Below the pieces are notes generated by a model. The model was not told where the DNA came from. It saw only the letters and a list, made by a program, of their open reading frames with translations, and did not search any database. The position numbers and the translations under genes were made by a program. From the NCBI GenBank assembly GCA_964016885.1, contig OZ024755.1, positions 10,230,001 to 10,294,000 on the forward strand: a stretch of DNA of 64,000 nucleotides, written 5' to 3'. Every line of letters starts with the position of its first letter. Position 1 is the first letter of the stretch. Shown here one piece after another: positions 58,798 through 64,000 of this stretch. This DNA comes from Eledone cirrhosa (Eukaryota).

Positions 58798-58862
58798 TAT
58801 TTTATCTGATGAAAGCGCACCATAATTTGCTTTGGTGTCCTTGAAATATGTATAATGAAATA
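58798..58862 (+). ncRNA. Type I hammerhead ribozyme
   Basis: TATTTTAT-CTGATGA-AAG C GCACCA(loop)TGGTGT C CTT-GAAA-TATGTA-TA-ATGAAATA; preceded by fold-back 58714-58772. Confidence 0.82.
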
Positions 58863-58909
58863 AATATGGTTTTATAAATATAGTTTCCATTTGTTAATAT
58901 ATATATTTA

Positions 58910-58974
<65 letters not shown>

Positions 58975-59958
58975 GTGACTGTCGTCTGCTCGTCGGTGGT
59001 TTGAAAGAACGAACATCTGTCTGTGTGTCTGGGCTTTGTAGAAATAGTAACAGGAAAAAGGGGTTGGTTTTCTCCAGCCGACCGACCGCCTGATCGTCAT
59101 TTGCTGCTGACTTGGAGGAAACGATGTCAATGAGATAACAATGAAATTATTCGGTCAATGTCAATTTTTATTTATTACTCATCATCACAATCAGCGCCTC
59201 CACAACTCATCTCTTCCGCTACCTAACCACCATCACACACATATGCACACAGACACACAAACACATACATACACATATATACACATTCATATACACATAC
59301 ACATACGCATACACATACAACATCACGCACAGGCATACACAAACACACACATACTTACACATACATACATACACACACATGTACATACATATTCATATAC
59401 ACATACACATACAACATCACGCACAGGCATACACACACACAGACATACACATACATTACATACAGGCACAGACATTATTACACATACATCATACACAGAC
59501 GGACACACACACTCACACACACGTACTCACAGCATTACACACGCACACACACATATGTACACACATTACACACACTCACAGATAACCCACAATACACACA
59601 TACACAGAGACGTACACACAACATCACACACACACACACGTACCCACCTTATTACACAGACACACTCAACGAACATGGCTTTTTTTGTTGTTTTATCTTC
59701 TTCGTCATTTTCCGGTTAGGTGGTGAGGTGTGTACAGTGCGAGGGGGTGGGTGTGCTACTAATATTTTGGGTTCCCTGGTGGCTTTGATGATATTACCAT
59801 TATTATTATTATTATTATTATTAGAATGTTTTTTTGTGTTTTTTTTTCCCCTATATTTCATTTCCATTGAAAGCTCTTGAAACAAATATCTCTTGTGTAC
59901 ATCATAGGTGCCCGCTACAAATATACAAAGCACATACATATACACATAAATAGAGTCG

Positions 59959-60009
<51 letters not shown>

Positions 60010-60049
60010 ACACTCGTGCATTTATTACACACATTCATGCACAGACACA

Positions 60050-60330
60050 CACACACACATACTCCTCGCGCATACGCATAAACATACACATACATATACA
60101 CACAAACATGCCCATATCCTCACACGCACTCACGTAGGTATACGCACACACATACTCCTCGCGCATACGCATAAACATACACATACATATACACACAAAC
60201 ATGCCCACATCCTCACACGCACTCACGTAGGTATACGCACACACATACTCCTCGCGCATACGCATAAACATACACATACATATACACACAAACATGCCCA
60301 TATCCTGACACGCACTCACGTAGGTATACA
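60050..60330. repeat. 93-bp tandem repeat x3
   Basis: ACTCCTCGCG recurs at 60061, 60154 and 60247. Confidence 0.92.
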
Positions 60331-60717
60331 CACACACACACATACATACTCACTGACATGCTCCCACACACACACAAACATGCGCACATCCTCACACACT
60401 TACGTAGTCACTCACACACATATACATACCGTATATACACTCACGTATACATCACATACACTGATGTGTACGCATGGAGGGCACGCACTAATGCCTGTGT
60501 GTGCAAACGCACGGAAATTCACCGACAATATATTTATAACAAACATTCAACAATACATACAACAACAACAACAACAACACATACAACAACAACAACAACA
60601 ACACATACAACAAAACCCTGGCAAACACTTTTAATATTCATGCATTACACTCATTTACAATTACATAAACACTCATATGGTAACTAATATATATATATAT
60701 ATATATATATGTACGTA

Positions 60718-60768
<51 letters not shown>

Positions 60769-60916
60769 ACGTATCTATATATATATATATATATATGTAC
60801 GTATATATATATATATATATATATGTACGTATATATATATATATATATATATGTACGTATATATATATATATATATATATATGTACGTATATATATATAT
60901 ATATATATATATGTAC

Positions 60917-61026
<110 letters not shown>

Positions 61027-61040
61027 GTATATATATATAT

Positions 61041-61376
61041 GTTCAGAGCCATCCTCAACATTCTCGTGTAGCACCCATCCACCATCTGAGTGAGTTTCTT
61101 GGTCAGTGTCCAAGTCTCAGACCCATACAGCAGCACAGACTCCACTACAGCAATGAAGAGGCGGATTTTCAGGTCTCTACGAAGGTCCGACTTCCACACC
61201 GATCTCAAGCTGTGGCACATGGACACACTAGAAGAGGAAGACCAAGGTTAACATATGTTGATGCCCTAAGGACAGACACTGGTCTGTTAGAGATGCAGGA
61301 TATGGCAGCGATAATGAGGGACAGAGACCGCTGGAGAGAACTCGTCCATGGATCTCGGGAATTTTACCCGCCTTAG
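61041..61376. pseudogene. RTE-clade LINE 3' end with 5' inversion
   Basis: Minus 61041-61216: [38 protein letters not shown]...[12 protein letters not shown]; plus 61215-61376: [21 protein letters not shown]...DRDRWRELV...PP*; both are post-RT motifs of RTE ORFs. Confidence 0.88.
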
Positions 61377-61426
61377 ATAGATATATATATATATATATGT
61401 ACGTATATATATATATATATATGTAC

Positions 61427-61498
<72 letters not shown>

Positions 61499-61638
61499 GT
61501 ATATATATATATATATATATATATGTACGTATATATATATATATGTACGTATATATGTGTGTGTACGTATATATATATATATATATATGTACGTATATAT
61601 ATATATATATATATGTACGTATATATATATATATATAT

Positions 61639-61793
61639 AACGAAGGAAATGTCGTAAGGAACCAGGTGGACCATAACGCACCAAAGTACTCAATACTTAG
61701 GGTAGTAGAGTGGGTAATAGGAACGAGTAGGACCCCGTCCAGAATTAGCCGTCGAAACGGCTTGAGCTCAGCCGTCGGGGTCCTACTCGTTCC
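61639..61793 (-). mobile_element. Family F copy with inverted 5' segment
   Basis: Tail on minus and hammerhead 3' half on plus; same subfamily as 54707. Confidence 0.75.
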
Positions 61794-61825
<32 letters not shown>

Positions 61826-61854
61826 GATCAAAAGATGGTTAAAAGAGTTCCAAG

Positions 61855-61925
61855 TATTTTATTATGCGCATTTCAAAAACAAATATCATCATGAGATGAT
61901 ATCTGCGTTTTCATCAGATAAAATA
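61855..61925 (-). ncRNA. Type I hammerhead ribozyme (left arm)
   Basis: TATTTTAT-CTGATGA-AAAC GCAGATATCATC(TCAT)GATGATATTTGT TTTT-GAAA-TGCGCA-TA-ATAAAATA. Confidence 0.85.
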
Positions 61926-62035
61926 GGGATACATGATATGAAGCTTAAAAAACACTTGTGAATAATGAAGTTTTAAATCAACATTTAAAACTTCACTATT
62001 CACAAGTGGTTTTTAAGCTTCATATCATGTATCCC

Positions 62036-62106
62036 TATTTTATCTGATGAAAACGCAGATATCATCTCATGATGAAATTTGCTTTTGAAATGCGTATAAT
62101 AAAATA
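62036..62106 (+). ncRNA. Type I hammerhead ribozyme (right arm)
   Basis: Same fold as the left arm; 8-bp stem I TATTTTAT/ATAAAATA, AUA triplet. Confidence 0.85.
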
Positions 62107-62226
62107 CTTGGAACTCTTAACCATCTTTTGATCTTATATTATTTATACACCAGTCCTACAAACTGTAGAGTGCTACTTATCCGATATTTGCATTGCTTTA
62201 TCGTGCTACAATAAAACTCACCTCCT

Positions 62227-62267
<41 letters not shown>

Positions 62268-62340
62268 TTCAAGGGGGCAACAAACAGAGGTACAAAAAGT
62301 CTTATTAGTTTCACGCTTTATATAGAGAAGAGGTAAGAAA

Positions 62341-62376
62341 GTTCGACGTGTCGGGCTTAAGCTCTTCTTCAGGAGT
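62341..62376 (-). ncRNA. Decayed minimal hammerhead (Penelope-type)
   Basis: CTGAAGA-A-GAGC(TTAA)GCCC-GACAC-GTC; GAAA mutated; same downstream tail as 37651. Confidence 0.55.
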
Positions 62377-62904
62377 ACATATATAATATACATATATATA
62401 TTATACATAAACTTAGCGCATATGGATCCATATACGCCTCTATTCTGCATCACGCTGTGATGGTTCTATCAGTAATTCAATGTCAATTAAACAGTCGTTC
62501 TGCTGTCTATGTCACCCCTATCGCCCATAATCACATATTTACATTAAGATAAATAGAAAGACCAATAGAAACAAAGTTTCCTTGATCCGGCCACATGATC
62601 TGGTCCTTTTACTTTCCTTTACAAAACAAACTACCATGTGACTTCATCAACAGAAATCAATATTGGTTCCCACTAATCATGCAAGATGATTGTATACAAG
62701 TCCCTCGTGCTGGTAAAATCCCAATTCGTATCAATCAGCCAATCTATATATTTGACTGTGAATGTATCTGTTTGTTTATGTCGATTAACAAAATCCAAAG
62801 AAATCATACAATGTTATGCTTTAGAGAGCAACGAGTGAGTTATGTGTGTGTGTGTGTGTATTTGCGTTCCAGCCTAGGGTCTGAGGCCAAGCTGGGGCAC
62901 CGCC

Positions 62905-62946
<42 letters not shown>

Positions 62947-63011
62947 AGTGTGTGTGCATGTGTGTGTGTCCGTATGTATATATATATACATGCATATATA
63001 TATATATATGC

Positions 63012-63048
<37 letters not shown>

Positions 63049-63147
63049 CACACAAATACGTATATACTCGTACACACATACACATACACATACACACAAG
63101 TATATATATACCTGTGTGTGTGTGTGTATATACGTATTTGTATGTAT

Positions 63148-63235
<88 letters not shown>

Positions 63236-63559
63236 ACCTATTTGTATGTATAAGTGTGTGTATATTAAAGACGTTATTTCTCTTTAGAATTTCTTAAGGT
63301 AAATTAGTCGACATAAAACAGCAGATATAGGTTATTGATTACCGAGTGTTGCTGTTTGAAGGATAGAACGATTTCAAGTATGACTCATGAAACATCAATC
63401 ATCAATAATCTTGAGTTTTATCTATCAATATATTGATCTCCATTTACCTGAGATACATATTCAGGCAACAGGTGTATTGTACAGCTGTATGTTCAATGAT
63501 CTAGATAGGATTTCTGGTTGAAATAGTTTAAACTAATGCGTATAATTTATACTACGCAG

Positions 63560-63800
63560 TACACACGGTAAACTGGTTGTCGTTGTGAAGGGCATCCAGC
63601 TGTAGAAGAAAACAAAATCATGACAAAGGACTGTGAAGACTCTTCATTTGGGTCAAGAACATGCTCTACAAACCCCTTCCCTCTTCCTGACAATGCTTGT
63701 TCCAGGAGAATATGCACATTGTACACTTTGTAAAATTGGTTGTTGTTAGGAAGGGAGTGAAGCTGTAGAAATCATGTCAGAATTGATACAGTGGAAGGAA
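63560..63800 (+). repeat. Two diverged copies of an RTE-5'UTR-like repeat segment
   Basis: GGTTGTCGTTGTGAAGGGCATCCAGCTGTAGAA and GGTTGTTGTTAGGAAGGGAGTGAAGCTGTAGAA. Confidence 0.4.
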
Positions 63801-64000
63801 ACCTCGGTTTACGAACGCCTCTAAACATGAACAAATCGGTTCATGAACAATTTTCTCCGAACAACACCATCAAGTACCACCACCACCACCACTACTACTA
63901 CTACTACTACTCTTGGAGGATTATAGACAAGAACCAGAGGAGCCGAATAACCACGATCTACTACTAGTAGTAGTAATAGTATTAATAAGGGTGGTTGTGG

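Larger units (their letters stand above)
61821..62232 (+). mobile_element. 318-bp palindromic PLE-like element plus tail
   Basis: Arms 61821-61978 / 61983-62138 nearly perfect; tail 62139-62232; (TA)n on both flanks. Confidence 0.8.

Overview
Very AT-rich, repeat-saturated eukaryotic DNA with no host protein-coding gene that I can support; it reads as intronic or intergenic sequence. The SINE families and microsatellite load look like an octopus (coleoid cephalopod) genome, which is inferred from remembered repeat families and not confirmed. Almost every ORF in the track is a microsatellite artefact. The recognisable coding remnants are all mobile: the C-terminal restriction-like endonuclease of an R4/Dong-type LINE (15732-16208), a 5'-inverted RTE LINE end (61041-61376) and a Tc1/mariner transposase C-terminus (39874-40130). 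Also present are two tRNA-derived SINE families, RTE-derived bipartite retroposons, Helitron-, piggyBac-, mariner- and hAT-type non-autonomous elements, and many minisatellites. The most striking hidden layer is about 17 complete or decayed type-I hammerhead ribozyme folds plus several half-ribozymes. They sit on short (about 130-450 bp) elements, mostly in or next to (TA)n tracts and often folded back into long inverted repeats. These resemble Penelope-like retroelement pseudo-LTRs. They fall into several families with compensatory base changes, and some have an unusually long (53-83 nt) stem II domain that may also seed the fold-back structure. All folds were read by eye and need computational and biochemical confirmation.
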